Positions 46,012 through 55,714 of a stretch of 64,000 nucleotides of DNA are shown piece by piece. This DNA comes from Dehalococcoidia bacterium. GTDB lineage: Bacteria > Chloroflexota > Dehalococcoidia > Plut-88900. The stretch spans positions 256,001 through 320,000 of the forward strand of contig CBDBLV010000003.1 in the NCBI GenBank assembly GCA_965207225.1, given 5' to 3'. The position numbers and the translations under genes were made by a program. The number at the start of each line of letters is the position of its first letter. Positions within the stretch are counted from its first letter, which is position 1. Below the pieces are notes generated by a model. It was not told where the DNA came from and made no database searches. It saw only the letters and a program-made list of their open reading frames with translations.

Positions 46012-47673
46012 TTAGGTCTTCACGAGGATGCGGGTAGCGAGGTCGCCTGCTTCGTCCAGATTGCTGACGATGCGGTCCCGGGGGACCTTGTCGAGGGCGC
46101 CCAGGGCCTGCAAGGTGTCGGCGATGCGGTCCTGCAGGCCTATGACAACCACATGGATGCCTTTATCAAGGGCGGCTTCTATCATGTGCTCCACCGTAAG
46201 GGCGGCGCTGTCGTCCATGTAAACCGTGTCGGAGAAGTCCATCACGACCAGCTTGTGCTCGGAGATGTCGACGTTCAGGGCGTCCATAATCTTGTTGGAG
46301 GAGGCCACGGTGAAGCTGCCGCGGAAGGAAACGAGCCCGCAGCGGGCGGATAACTCCTCATCCAGTGAGTCGGGCCCCGGGTCTTCTCCCTCCCTCGCAT
46401 CGCCACCGGAGGCCTTCAGGAACCCAGCGTCCAGGAGGGGGACGGAGACCACGTTGTCCATTTCCATGAACTCGAACTTGCGGGCGCTGGCCATGCCGGC
46501 GGCAATGAGGCCTATAGCCACGGCGGTTATCAGGTCCAGTAACACCGTCAAGGCCAGTGTGACGCCCATAACCGCCAGATGCTCTCTCTTCATCTTGTGA
46601 ATGCGGGCCATGAATCGCCGGTCGATGATGTCCCATCCCACCTTCATGAGGATGCCGGCCAGCACGGCGTGGGGGATCTGCTCCACGTAGGGGCCCAGAC
46701 CAAGCACTATGGCCAGCAGTATTCCGGCCCGGGCAATGCCGGCAAGCAGAGACCTCCCGCCTGCCCGGATGTTCACCACAGTGTCCAAGGTGGAGCCGGA
46801 GCCCGGCAACCCTCCGATGAGCCCTGCCGCCATGTTTCCCAATCCCTGGCCCACCAGTTCACGGTTGGCATTGTGTCGGGTGCGGGTCATGGAGTCGGCG
46901 ACCAGGGAGGTGATCAGGCTGTCTATGGATCCCAGAAGGGCAATGGTGACGGCGGGCACAACGGCATCGAGCACCACGCTTCCGGAGAGGTCGGGCAACA
47001 TGAAGTCGGGCAGTCCGGTGGGTACGTCGCCGATGGTGGGTGCGGCGGTGAACCAGAACATCCCCATGAGAGTACCGACGACAAGGGCCATCAGGGTGGG
47101 GGGGATGACCTTTTGGAACCGGGAGGGCCAGAGCGCGCCGATGGCGAGGGTCACGGAGGCGATGAGCAGAGCGCTGAAATTCACGTCGCCAAGGGCCTCG
47201 GGAATTTCGCCCAGGGCGGCCAGAGGCCCGCCGGTGACCACTTTATGGCCCAGGAAGGGCAGCACGTGCACCAGCATGACGATGACGCCTATCCCGGACA
47301 TGAACCCGGAGATAACGGAGTAGGGGGTGTAGGAGATAAAGCGGCCTATGCGCAGGGCGCCCAAAAGGATTTGGATGAGGCCGGCTATGACCACAATAGT
47401 GAAGGCCTTGGTAAGGTCGTCGGCGTACAGGGTGACCACCACGGCCATGGCGACGGACATGGGCCCCGTGGGTCCGGAGATTTGACCCCTGGTGCCGCCG
47501 AAGACAGCGGCAAAGAGCCCGACAGCGATGGAGCCGTACAGCCCCGGCAGAGGGCCCAGGCCGCTGGCCACGCCGAAGGCCAAGGCCACCGGCAGCCCGA
47601 CCACCGCGGCGGTGACCCCGCCGAACAGATCACCTCGCAGGGCTTCCGGACTGTAGGATTTCAGGAAGCTCAT
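46012..47673 (-). CDS. SulP family anion transporter with STAS domain
   Basis: GDLFGGVTAAVVGLPVALAFG, QISGPTG, NRELVGQG, YMDDSA. Confidence 0.94.
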   Translation of the reverse strand: MSFLKSYSPEALRGDLFGGVTAAVVGLPVALAFGVASGLGPLPGLYGSIAVGLFAAVFGGTRGQISGPTGPMSVAMAVVVTLYADDLTKAFTIVVIAGLIQILLGALRIGRFISYTPYSVISGFMSGIGVIVMLVHVLPFLGHKVVTGGPLAALGEIPEALGDVNFSALLIASVTLAIGALWPSRFQKVIPPTLMALVVGTLMGMFWFTAAPTIGDVPTGLPDFMLPDLSGSVVLDAVVPAVTIALLGSIDSLITSLVADSMTRTRHNANRELVGQGLGNMAAGLIGGLPGSGSTLDTVVNIRAGGRSLLAGIARAGILLAIVLGLGPYVEQIPHAVLAGILMKVGWDIIDRRFMARIHKMKREHLAVMGVTLALTVLLDLITAVAIGLIAAGMASARKFEFMEMDNVVSVPLLDAGFLKASGGDAREGEDPGPDSLDEELSARCGLVSFRGSFTVASSNKIMDALNVDISEHKLVVMDFSDTVYMDDSAALTVEHMIEAALDKGIHVVVIGLQDRIADTLQALGALDKVPRDRIVSNLDEAGDLATRILVKT

Positions 47674-47836
47674 GCTATGAGAATATACCCAATTCCGGTT
47701 GCCAACTTCTACAAATACGGCGGCGCATTCTTCTTCAACGACGACATCCGTCGCTGTCTCTATACTTCGTCAGGCTGACGCTCTTCGCAAAGCCGGGCGT
47801 GGGCACGATCCGAAGGTTGCAGTAGCAGAGCGCCGA

Positions 47837-49144
47837 TTATCGGGACCCGGTCAGGTAGTCGTCGCCGATTTGGCCTAGCTCTTCCAGTTCTCTGTATCGC
47901 TGAGGGCTGAGACCCATCAGGTCCCGGTAAACGTACTCGTTATGTTCACCTAGACACGGTGCGGGACGCCGGATACGGTTGGGATGGGTCGAAATGCGGC
48001 CCATGATTCCCGCATACCTGTGCGTTCCGGCCTCCGGGTGAGTGACGGCCTGGAAGAAGTCGAGGGCCTCCAGCTGGGGGTCGGCGTGGGCCTGGGCCGT
48101 GTCGTGGACCATGCCGGCGGGCACCCCGGCCGCCTGGAGCGTCTCCATGACCTCTCTGGACGTGAGGCCCCGGGTCCATTCGGAAATGTGGGCGTCGATC
48201 TCCTCCTGGCGCCTCCAGCGACCCAGGACGTGGGAGTAATTCCGGTCCAACGCCCACGAGGGTCGGCCCAGGGCTTGTACCAGGCCTTCCCATTCTTCAT
48301 CCGTACCCACGGTAATCGACACCCACTGGTCGTCACCGGCGCAGGGGTAAACGCCGTGGGGGGCCATGGACGGGTCTGCGTTGCCTAATGCTGACTGGAC
48401 GCGCCCGTTCATGGTGTAGTCCACAAAGGCCTCTGCGAGGAAGGGGATGAGGCCCTCGGAGAGGGGGGCGTCGATGAGCTGCCCCTCACCAGTGGCCTGC
48501 AGGTGCCGCAGGGCAACTAGAATTGAGAAGGCCCCGGTAATGCCGGCAACAGCGTCGGAGGGATACACGTCGTCCTTCAGGGACGGGTCGATGTCGGAGT
48601 AGCTTCGGACCCAGGTATGGCCGATGAAACCCTCTATGTGGGAACCCCAGGCCTTGATGTCTCTGTATGGGCCTGTCTGTCCATATCCGGGCATCCTGGC
48701 CATTATCAGGTCGGGCTTCACCTTGCGGAGGTGGGAGTAGTCGAGGTCGAAGTCGTCCAGAAGAGCGGGAGGATGGTTCTCCAGGACGACGTCCGATATG
48801 GACACCAGGTCCAACAGCAGGTCCCGACCACCCTCCATGTCATGGTCCACCGTAGTGCCCAGCTTATTCCTGTTCAGGGCGTTGAAGCTCACGTAGCGGT
48901 TCCAGGGCCTTTCGCCGCCGTCCCAGTCTGGGTAGGCCCTGGACCACATGCGCTCTTCCTCGGGGACTACGCCCCTGTGGTCGACGGACAGGCCCCGGGT
49001 GCCGACCGGAAAGCGCACCCGGCTCTCGACCTGAATTACCTCGGCGCCCCAGTCCGCGAGAAGGGTCCCGGCATAGGGCCCGGCCCAGGCCTGGGTAATG
49101 GACACGACGCGGATTCCTTCCAAGGGGAGTGGTTGTTCAACCAC
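47837..49144 (-). CDS. Family III CoA-transferase (CaiB/BaiF), catalytic-Asp-bearing
   Basis: PLEGIRV, WAGP, GAEVI, NRNK, GYGQTGPY, PSDAVAG, APCLGEHN. Confidence 0.93.
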   Translation of the reverse strand: MVEQPLPLEGIRVVSITQAWAGPYAGTLLADWGAEVIQVESRVRFPVGTRGLSVDHRGVVPEEERMWSRAYPDWDGGERPWNRYVSFNALNRNKLGTTVDHDMEGGRDLLLDLVSISDVVLENHPPALLDDFDLDYSHLRKVKPDLIMARMPGYGQTGPYRDIKAWGSHIEGFIGHTWVRSYSDIDPSLKDDVYPSDAVAGITGAFSILVALRHLQATGEGQLIDAPLSEGLIPFLAEAFVDYTMNGRVQSALGNADPSMAPHGVYPCAGDDQWVSITVGTDEEWEGLVQALGRPSWALDRNYSHVLGRWRRQEEIDAHISEWTRGLTSREVMETLQAAGVPAGMVHDTAQAHADPQLEALDFFQAVTHPEAGTHRYAGIMGRISTHPNRIRRPAPCLGEHNEYVYRDLMGLSPQRYRELEELGQIGDDYLTGSR

Positions 49145-50365
49145 CTAAACCACCCCCACCCGACCCAGCCTCTCCAGCTCGGTCTTGCTGTAGCCCAGCT
49201 CCCCGCAGTAGACCTCCCGGTTGTGCTCCCCCAGCCGGGGCGCGGGTCTCGAGACCTGCATCGGGGTGCGGGATAGCTGTGCGGGTCTAACGGGAAAAGC
49301 CTGTTCTCCCATCTCCGGGTGCTCGACCTGGACCCAGGGTCGACGTACCAGCATATGGGCATCCCGGTGAAGGGTCTCGTGGGTATGGACAGGCCCGACC
49401 ATCACCCCTTGCTTCAGTCCCGCATCGACGGCTTCGGCGGTGGAATGCTGGAGCGACCACAGCAGGAACTCTTCATTCACCATGGCGAGGCGTTCGACGG
49501 GGTCGGCGAACTCCGGGTCGTCCATGAGTTCGGGCTTGCCTACGATATTCAGGATTTTTCTAAGGCGGCTTGGGGTGGTTGGATTGAGGGTGTTTACGTA
49601 GCCGTCCTCGGTCGGGACTACCCCAGCGCCTGCGAGTACTACTCCCCTCGTCCTCTCTGCTATGGAGCCGGTGTAGGAGTAGAAGGCCAGGACGGGAACC
49701 CAGCGGTCGGCGGTGCCGGCCTGGGTCTCCATGGTAGAAAGGTCGACGTGGCTGCCTATGCCGGAGCGGTCTCGGGACCGGGCCGCCATCATGGTGAGCA
49801 TTGCTGCGACCATACCCGCCTGGAACTGGACAATTCTCCCCCCGGCCTTCGCGGGCTCCCTGTCGAGGGCCCCGTTGATATACAAGGGCCCCGACAGCCC
49901 GGAAAGTATCAGTTCGGAAGCCTTGTAGTCCCTGTAGGGACCCTTGCGCCCGAAGTTGCTCAGGGAGGTCATTACCATGCCGGGGTTGATTCCCGACAGG
50001 GTCTCGTATCCCAATCTCTTCGTCTCCAAAGTCCCGACAGGATGGTCCTCCACGAGAATGTCGGAGTTCATTGCCAGCTCCCTCAGCACTCGCCCCCCCA
50101 CGCCCGACTCCACATCCAGGGTTATGCCCCGCTTTCCAAGGTTCACGTGATTGTGCAAGGCGCCTCGGTTGTGATGAGGAAGGTCTTTGTAGAAAGGCGC
50201 CGCCCGGCGGAGCAGGTTGCCGGTGCGGGGGGCTTCCACATAGACCACTTCCGCTCCGTACGCAGCCAGTGCGCGGGCACAGTATGAACCCGGCAGACCT
50301 CGTGAGAGGTCGAGGACACTGAGGTCGGAGAGGGGGCCCCGGGAGTCAGACAAGTTCACTTCCAA
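49145..50365 (-). CDS. Family III CoA-transferase, partner subunit (Gln at the apparent catalytic Asp position)
   Basis: PLSDLSVLDL, GAEV, NLGKRGITLD, FGRKGPY, IVQFQAG, APRLGEHN. Confidence 0.9.
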   Translation of the reverse strand: MEVNLSDSRGPLSDLSVLDLSRGLPGSYCARALAAYGAEVVYVEAPRTGNLLRRAAPFYKDLPHHNRGALHNHVNLGKRGITLDVESGVGGRVLRELAMNSDILVEDHPVGTLETKRLGYETLSGINPGMVMTSLSNFGRKGPYRDYKASELILSGLSGPLYINGALDREPAKAGGRIVQFQAGMVAAMLTMMAARSRDRSGIGSHVDLSTMETQAGTADRWVPVLAFYSYTGSIAERTRGVVLAGAGVVPTEDGYVNTLNPTTPSRLRKILNIVGKPELMDDPEFADPVERLAMVNEEFLLWSLQHSTAEAVDAGLKQGVMVGPVHTHETLHRDAHMLVRRPWVQVEHPEMGEQAFPVRPAQLSRTPMQVSRPAPRLGEHNREVYCGELGYSKTELERLGRVGVV

Positions 50366-50381
50366 TGATCAAGGCTGCCAT

Positions 50382-51686
50382 CTAGTAAAGCCTTCCTGTC
50401 ATTCTGGTTGTGCCTGCGGGGTTGCTGGCGCCGTACATGTGCCGGGCCTCGACCTCGATCTCACCTGCCGCTTCCTGGTCGCCGTAGAGGACCCGTCCGC
50501 CGCCTAAGACCCTGTCCACGGCGGGAAGACTGACCTTGTGGTGGCTGTCTCCGGCTATGACCAAGGCATTGGCCTCGGGGACCCAGTGGGTGAAACCCGG
50601 GTCTCCCTTTTCTGCGGTCATGTCGCCCACAGCGAGGGCCGTGCTGATACCGGCCTCCTCGCACAGGCGGCAAATCATCATCATTTCCACGCTCCCGTGG
50701 CCCTCGCTGATTGGGGAGATTATCGCAGCGTCGGTGCCCAGCATCTTTGCCGTTCTTACCACACTTCCCGCCTCGCGTTCCTTGTCCTCCAGGGTATACG
50801 GGAACGACGAAAAGAAGATGACGCCTCGAAAGTCTAGGTCGACTCCATGCCGGGAGTAAAGCTGTTCCACCACGGCGTCCCGCTGATATGTATAGGTGCA
50901 GTCCCGGAAGTTGGCCGCCATAAGGAAACCGGAATTCACAACCGCCCCGTCCATCAATTCGTTGGGGTGCAGGGCCACGGCCCAGACCCGCCTTGCCGAG
51001 CATGAGCCGTAAATGCTGGCCGAACTGCAGCAAATATAGACGATACGCGGCAATCCGGGGTCGACGGGGCCTAACTCACAGGTCCGGGTGTAGTCGGGAG
51101 CCAGGCCCCGGGCTTTGCTGGCGAGGTGCTTTGCAGCCTTGAGGCAGAGGTCGCGGGTTGCTTCCATTGTGAGGTTTGCCTCAGGTGTGCGGTTGTCCAC
51201 CTCGAACTGGTCACTATTGGCGGAACGAAAGTCCCCGATTCCGGCCTTTGGGCTGAAGTGAAGGACAAGATTCACCGTTTGGGAAAAGGGCGAATATGAG
51301 GCCCAACGCCCGGACATGTCGATTATAGCCTCCCTAGCGTACCAATGTTCTTCACCCGCGAAGGGCTCGGCCGTTCCCACCACCGCTATCCCCGCCAATC
51401 TGTTTGTCGTGCCATTGCCCACCTGCCCCGGCGGTCCCAAGCGGCCGGGGAATATGGCCCCGGGCCCCGACACCTTGTCTCTGGGTTCCACCACGTCTAT
51501 CGCATGGACGATACGAACTCGGTCTCCGGGCCTGGCAACCTGCACCTGGATGTCCTCTATGTAGGGATTAGGCAACAGCCGGTCCTTCAATTCGCTCACG
51601 TTGACGTGTAGGGTCTTTCCCTCAACCCGAGTTTCTGGGGAGAACACCACGTCGTTGACCTGGAAGGAAGCGAGTTCGAGCCGCAT
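50382..51686 (-). CDS. Glycine/sarcosine/betaine reductase component B subunit-like (GrdE family), copy 3
   Basis: MRLEL, ARPGD.VRI, DVVEPR, FPG, IIDMSG..ASYSPFS, HPNELMDGA, LYSRHG.DL.F.GV. Confidence 0.85.
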   Translation of the reverse strand: MRLELASFQVNDVVFSPETRVEGKTLHVNVSELKDRLLPNPYIEDIQVQVARPGDRVRIVHAIDVVEPRDKVSGPGAIFPGRLGPPGQVGNGTTNRLAGIAVVGTAEPFAGEEHWYAREAIIDMSGRWASYSPFSQTVNLVLHFSPKAGIGDFRSANSDQFEVDNRTPEANLTMEATRDLCLKAAKHLASKARGLAPDYTRTCELGPVDPGLPRIVYICCSSASIYGSCSARRVWAVALHPNELMDGAVVNSGFLMAANFRDCTYTYQRDAVVEQLYSRHGVDLDFRGVIFFSSFPYTLEDKEREAGSVVRTAKMLGTDAAIISPISEGHGSVEMMMICRLCEEAGISTALAVGDMTAEKGDPGFTHWVPEANALVIAGDSHHKVSLPAVDRVLGGGRVLYGDQEAAGEIEVEARHMYGASNPAGTTRMTGRLY

Positions 51687-51699
51687 ATTACGCAGCCGG

Positions 51700-53007
51700 T
51701 CAGTGTAGCCGTCCGAAGAGCCTTGTGGGGGCCGCGGGGTTGCTGGCCCCGAGCATCTGCCGGGCCTCTACTTCTATCTCCTCCGCTGCGTCCTGGTCGC
51801 CGTGCAGCACCCGGCTTCCGCCAATGACCTTCTCTACGGCAGGGAGGGCCAGTTTGGTGTGGCTGTCTCCCGCGAAGACCAGGGCGTCGGCCTGGGGTAC
51901 CCAGTGAGTGAAACCAGGATCGCCCTCGTTTGCCGTCATCTCTCCCGCACCGATGGCGGTACTGATTCCGGCCTCCTCGCACAACCTGCAGATCATCATG
52001 GTCTCGACGCTGGGGTGGCCGTCGCTGAGGGGCGCGATAATCGCAGCGTCGGCGCCCAGCATTTTGGCAGTCCGCACCGTGCTTCCAGCCTCCAGTTCCT
52101 TTTCTTCCAGCGTGTAGGGGAACGCCGAATAGAAGAGGACGCCCCGAAAATTGAGGTCTACCCCGTGCCGAGAGTACAACTCTTCGACGACAGCATTACG
52201 CTGGTAGGCGTAGGTGCAGTCGCGGAAGTTGGCCGCAATCAGGAAGCCGAAGTTAACGACCGCGCCATCCATCATCTCGTTCGGATGCATGGGAACGACC
52301 CACTTCCGGGTCGTGGAAAAAGAGCCGTAAATGCCGGCGGAAAGGCTCTTGCAGAGGTAGACGACGCCGGGAAGGGACGGGTCCACCGGGCCGAGCTCGT
52401 ATGTGTGCACGTGGTCCGGGGTCATTCCCTTCGCCTTCTCGGCCAGGAACCTGGCGGCCTTAAGGGTCAGGTTTCGGGTGGCCTTCATCCGGTTCTCGGC
52501 TTCCCGCGTGCGGGTGTCGACCACGAACTGTTTGCGCCGTGCGGGGTCCAGTTCCTCTCCCCCCGGTTTCGGGATGAAGTGTAGAACGAGGTTGACGGTC
52601 TCCGAGAATGGCGAGTAGGCAGCCCCCGCACCCGACATGTCGATTATCGCCTCCCTGGCGTACCAGTACTCTTCGCCGACGAAGGGCTCCGCCGTGCCCA
52701 CCACCGCCATCCCCGCGAGCGTGTTGGTCGTGCCGCTTCCCACATGCGTCGGCGGGCCGAGGCGGCCCGGGAACACGGTTCCTGCACCCGACGCCTTGGC
52801 ACGCGGCTCCACCACATCAATAGCGTTAACTATGCGAGCACTCTCCCCGGGTCTGGCAACGTCCAGCCGGAGGTCTTCAATATATGGATCAGGTAGAAGT
52901 TGGTCCTTGAGTTCGCTCTCGCTGACGTACAAGGTCTTATCGGAGAGACGGGTCTCGGATGCGAGGACCACGTTATCTACATGGAAGGATGCCAGTTCGA
53001 GCTTCAT
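51700..53007 (-). CDS. GrdE family protein, copy 2
   Basis: Same motifs; close paralog of 50382-51686. Confidence 0.85.
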   Translation of the reverse strand: MKLELASFHVDNVVLASETRLSDKTLYVSESELKDQLLPDPYIEDLRLDVARPGESARIVNAIDVVEPRAKASGAGTVFPGRLGPPTHVGSGTTNTLAGMAVVGTAEPFVGEEYWYAREAIIDMSGAGAAYSPFSETVNLVLHFIPKPGGEELDPARRKQFVVDTRTREAENRMKATRNLTLKAARFLAEKAKGMTPDHVHTYELGPVDPSLPGVVYLCKSLSAGIYGSFSTTRKWVVPMHPNEMMDGAVVNFGFLIAANFRDCTYAYQRNAVVEELYSRHGVDLNFRGVLFYSAFPYTLEEKELEAGSTVRTAKMLGADAAIIAPLSDGHPSVETMMICRLCEEAGISTAIGAGEMTANEGDPGFTHWVPQADALVFAGDSHTKLALPAVEKVIGGSRVLHGDQDAAEEIEVEARQMLGASNPAAPTRLFGRLH

Positions 53008-53019
53008 CCCTTCTTCTCC

Positions 53020-54327
53020 TTAGTACAGCTCCGGCGCGAGCCTCGTCGGACCCATTGGGGCCGAGAGGCCGTACAGGCTCCTGACCTCTATCTCAAGCTC
53101 GGCGTCGGCGGGGCCCAGACCATTCAGGAGATCCGTGCCGCCAATAACTTTCTTCACTGCGGGCAGCTTTATCGTTTCACGGTCGTTGCCGGAGGCCACC
53201 ATGGCATCGGCCTCGGGCACCCAGTGGTTCAGGCCCGGCTCCCCCGCCCCGGGCACCAGCTGCGACACGCCCACCGAGATCTTTATCCCAGAACGCTCGC
53301 ACTTCTGGCAGACCATCATAAAAGCGACACCGCTGTGTCCGGCCCTGAACGGCGACACGATGGCTGCTTCCGCATCGAGCATGTGGGCCAGCTTTACGGC
53401 GCTGTCGCTCTCTATCTCCTTCAGTTCCATGGTCGGCCCGAACCCCGAGAAAAAGACCACCCCCACGAAATTGAGGTCCTTGCCGTGCCTCTCATACAGC
53501 TCCCGGACAATGGAGTTATTCTGATGGAAGTAGGTGCAGTCCCGGATGGCAGGTTCCACGAACCGGGTTGAAAGGACAAGGGCGCCGTCCATCATCTCGT
53601 TCGGGTGGAGCAGCATGGCGTGGTCGTAGGTGAAGTCGGACCATCCGTAGAGGGCGGCGCCGGTGTTGTGGTGAATGTAGGCCACCTTTGGCAGACCCTG
53701 GTCGACGGGGCCAAGTTCGTACTCAGACATTTCGTTGGGCTCCACGTCCCGCGCGATGCCTGCCAGGTACTCGGCGGCCCTCACGGTCAGGAGCCTCGAC
53801 GCCTCAATGGCGCGCCTCGCGTCCTCGTCCCAGGCATCGACACCGTAGTTAGTCTTCTCACGGACCTCGTCCCCCGGGGTCTGGACGAACCTGACCACGA
53901 GGTTCACGGTCCTGGAAAAGGGGCACAGCTCCGCCCCGGGCCCCGACATCTCGATGATTCCCTCCCGGAAGGCCCAGTGGTCCTCTCCGGCGAAGGGCTC
54001 TGCCGCGCCCACCACCGCCACCCCTTTCAGGCGCAGGGTTCTGCTCTCACCCGCGCCCAGGGGCGGGCCGAGAAGGCCGGGGAAAACACGCCCGGGTCCC
54101 GGCGCCTTGGCCCTCGGCTCCACCACGTCCAGGGCATGGACTATCCGCACCGACTCCCCCGGCCTCGCAATTTCCACTTCCAGGGCCTCGAAGGGCAAGA
54201 CTTGGGCGAGGTGCTCCAGCAGGGCGGCCTTGTTCACGTGAAGCACGTCGTCAACCAGCCCGTTGGCGTCCGAGAAGACAACATCCTTGACGTCGTATGA
54301 GGCCAGTTCCAGGTGCATGAGCTTCAC
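53020..54327 (-). CDS. GrdE family protein, copy 1
   Basis: ARPGESVRI, DVVEPRAK, IIEMSGPGA, HPNEMMDGA, TYFHQNN, LYERHGKDLNFVGV. Confidence 0.87.
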   Translation of the reverse strand: MKLMHLELASYDVKDVVFSDANGLVDDVLHVNKAALLEHLAQVLPFEALEVEIARPGESVRIVHALDVVEPRAKAPGPGRVFPGLLGPPLGAGESRTLRLKGVAVVGAAEPFAGEDHWAFREGIIEMSGPGAELCPFSRTVNLVVRFVQTPGDEVREKTNYGVDAWDEDARRAIEASRLLTVRAAEYLAGIARDVEPNEMSEYELGPVDQGLPKVAYIHHNTGAALYGWSDFTYDHAMLLHPNEMMDGALVLSTRFVEPAIRDCTYFHQNNSIVRELYERHGKDLNFVGVVFFSGFGPTMELKEIESDSAVKLAHMLDAEAAIVSPFRAGHSGVAFMMVCQKCERSGIKISVGVSQLVPGAGEPGLNHWVPEADAMVASGNDRETIKLPAVKKVIGGTDLLNGLGPADAELEIEVRSLYGLSAPMGPTRLAPELY

Positions 54328-54497
54328 CCTTGGGTGTCTGGGCCGGTTGGGAAACTTGGTCGAGGATTATAGCACGCAGGGTTACGTCCTCTCGTTGACA
54401 TCGCCCTCGGCGCGTGTCTAACATTGTCCCCGCCGACGAGACCCTTAGATTCAGTACATGCTATCCACAAATCAGACATTCCCAACGGTTGCCAGCC

Positions 54498-55712
54498 ATG
54501 TTTGACCAAGCCCTGGAAGGCGTTAAGGTTCTCGATCTAACTCAGTACATCGCCGGGCCGTTCTGCACAAAGCTGATGGCCGACTACGGCGCCGACGTCA
54601 TCAAGGTCGAAAGACCCGACGGCGGAGATCCGGCCCGGCACCTCGGGCCCTTCCACCAGGACGACGCCCACCACGAAAAGAGTGGCCTCTTCCTCCAGCT
54701 CAACACGAACAAACGGAGCGTTACCCTCAACCTCAAGGTCACCTCCGGCAGGTTCATCCTCCACGAGCTGGTCAAGGAAGCCGACATCCTGATGGAGAAC
54801 TACGCCCCCGGGGTGATGGACTCCTGGGGCCTGGGCTTCGACGCCCTCGCCGCGATCAATCCCCGTCTCGTCATGACCTCCATCAGCAACTTCGGCCAGA
54901 CGGGGCCGTACCGCGACTACAAGGCATCGGAGTTGGTGCTGTTCGGGATGGGAGGCGAGATGCACTCCATAGGGATGGAGGGTCGGGAGCCGCTGAAACA
55001 GGGGGGCAACGTTGCCCAGTACGAGGCCGGGGCCACTGCTGCCACCGCCGCGATGGGCGCCCTCTGGGCCGCCGACCGGGACGGCGAGGGGCAGCACCTC
55101 GACATATCCATCTTCGAGACCCAGCTGGGCGGTGTAGACCGCCGGCACGCCGCCCTCATGGCCTACGCTTACTCCGGCCGCATTAGCGTCCAGCAGGCGG
55201 GGTGGCTGGGGGCCGCCTTCGCCTCGGGCACCCTGCCCTGCGCGGACGGCTACATCGAGATGGCCGGGGGCGGACACCTCTTTCCCAGGGTAATAAAGAT
55301 GCTCGGCAACCCTGAGTTCCTCCAGGACCCCAAGTGGCTGGAACCGGGCGCCGGCGCCGATCCCGACCTCAATGAAGAGTTCAACGAATTCTTCATACCC
55401 TGGCTGATGGAACGGACCAAGCGGGAGGTCTGGGAGGAGGGACAGAAGGCCCGGGTGCTTTGCGGGCCTCTCTATTCCATGAGTGATTTGCTGGATGACC
55501 CCCAGTTTGTTGGACGGGGGTTCTGGCCCAAGCTCGACCACCCACACACCGGCCCGGTCTCCTATCCCGGGGCCCCGACCCGCATGGCCGAGACCCCCCG
55601 CCAGATGCGCCGCCCGGCTCCCGAGCTTGGACAGCACATCGAGGAGGTCTACGGCCACCTCGGCTACAGCCGGGACGACCTCACCAGGCTTCGGGAGAGG
55701 GGGGTCATCTAG
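54498..55712 (+). CDS. Family III CoA-transferase, partner subunit (Gln at the apparent catalytic Asp position)
   Basis: ALEGVKVLDL, AGP, GADVIKVE, NTNKRSVTL, FGQTGPY, VAQYEAG. Confidence 0.93.
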   Translation: MFDQALEGVKVLDLTQYIAGPFCTKLMADYGADVIKVERPDGGDPARHLGPFHQDDAHHEKSGLFLQLNTNKRSVTLNLKVTSGRFILHELVKEADILMENYAPGVMDSWGLGFDALAAINPRLVMTSISNFGQTGPYRDYKASELVLFGMGGEMHSIGMEGREPLKQGGNVAQYEAGATAATAAMGALWAADRDGEGQHLDISIFETQLGGVDRRHAALMAYAYSGRISVQQAGWLGAAFASGTLPCADGYIEMAGGGHLFPRVIKMLGNPEFLQDPKWLEPGAGADPDLNEEFNEFFIPWLMERTKREVWEEGQKARVLCGPLYSMSDLLDDPQFVGRGFWPKLDHPHTGPVSYPGAPTRMAETPRQMRRPAPELGQHIEEVYGHLGYSRDDLTRLRERGVI

Positions 55713-55714
55713 CA

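Noticed and set aside
47674-54497. Hidden selenoprotein (GrdB/GrdA) split by TGA near the GrdE-like genes
   Set aside because: Intergenic gaps are only 0-170 bp and show no GrdB/GrdA-like sequence.
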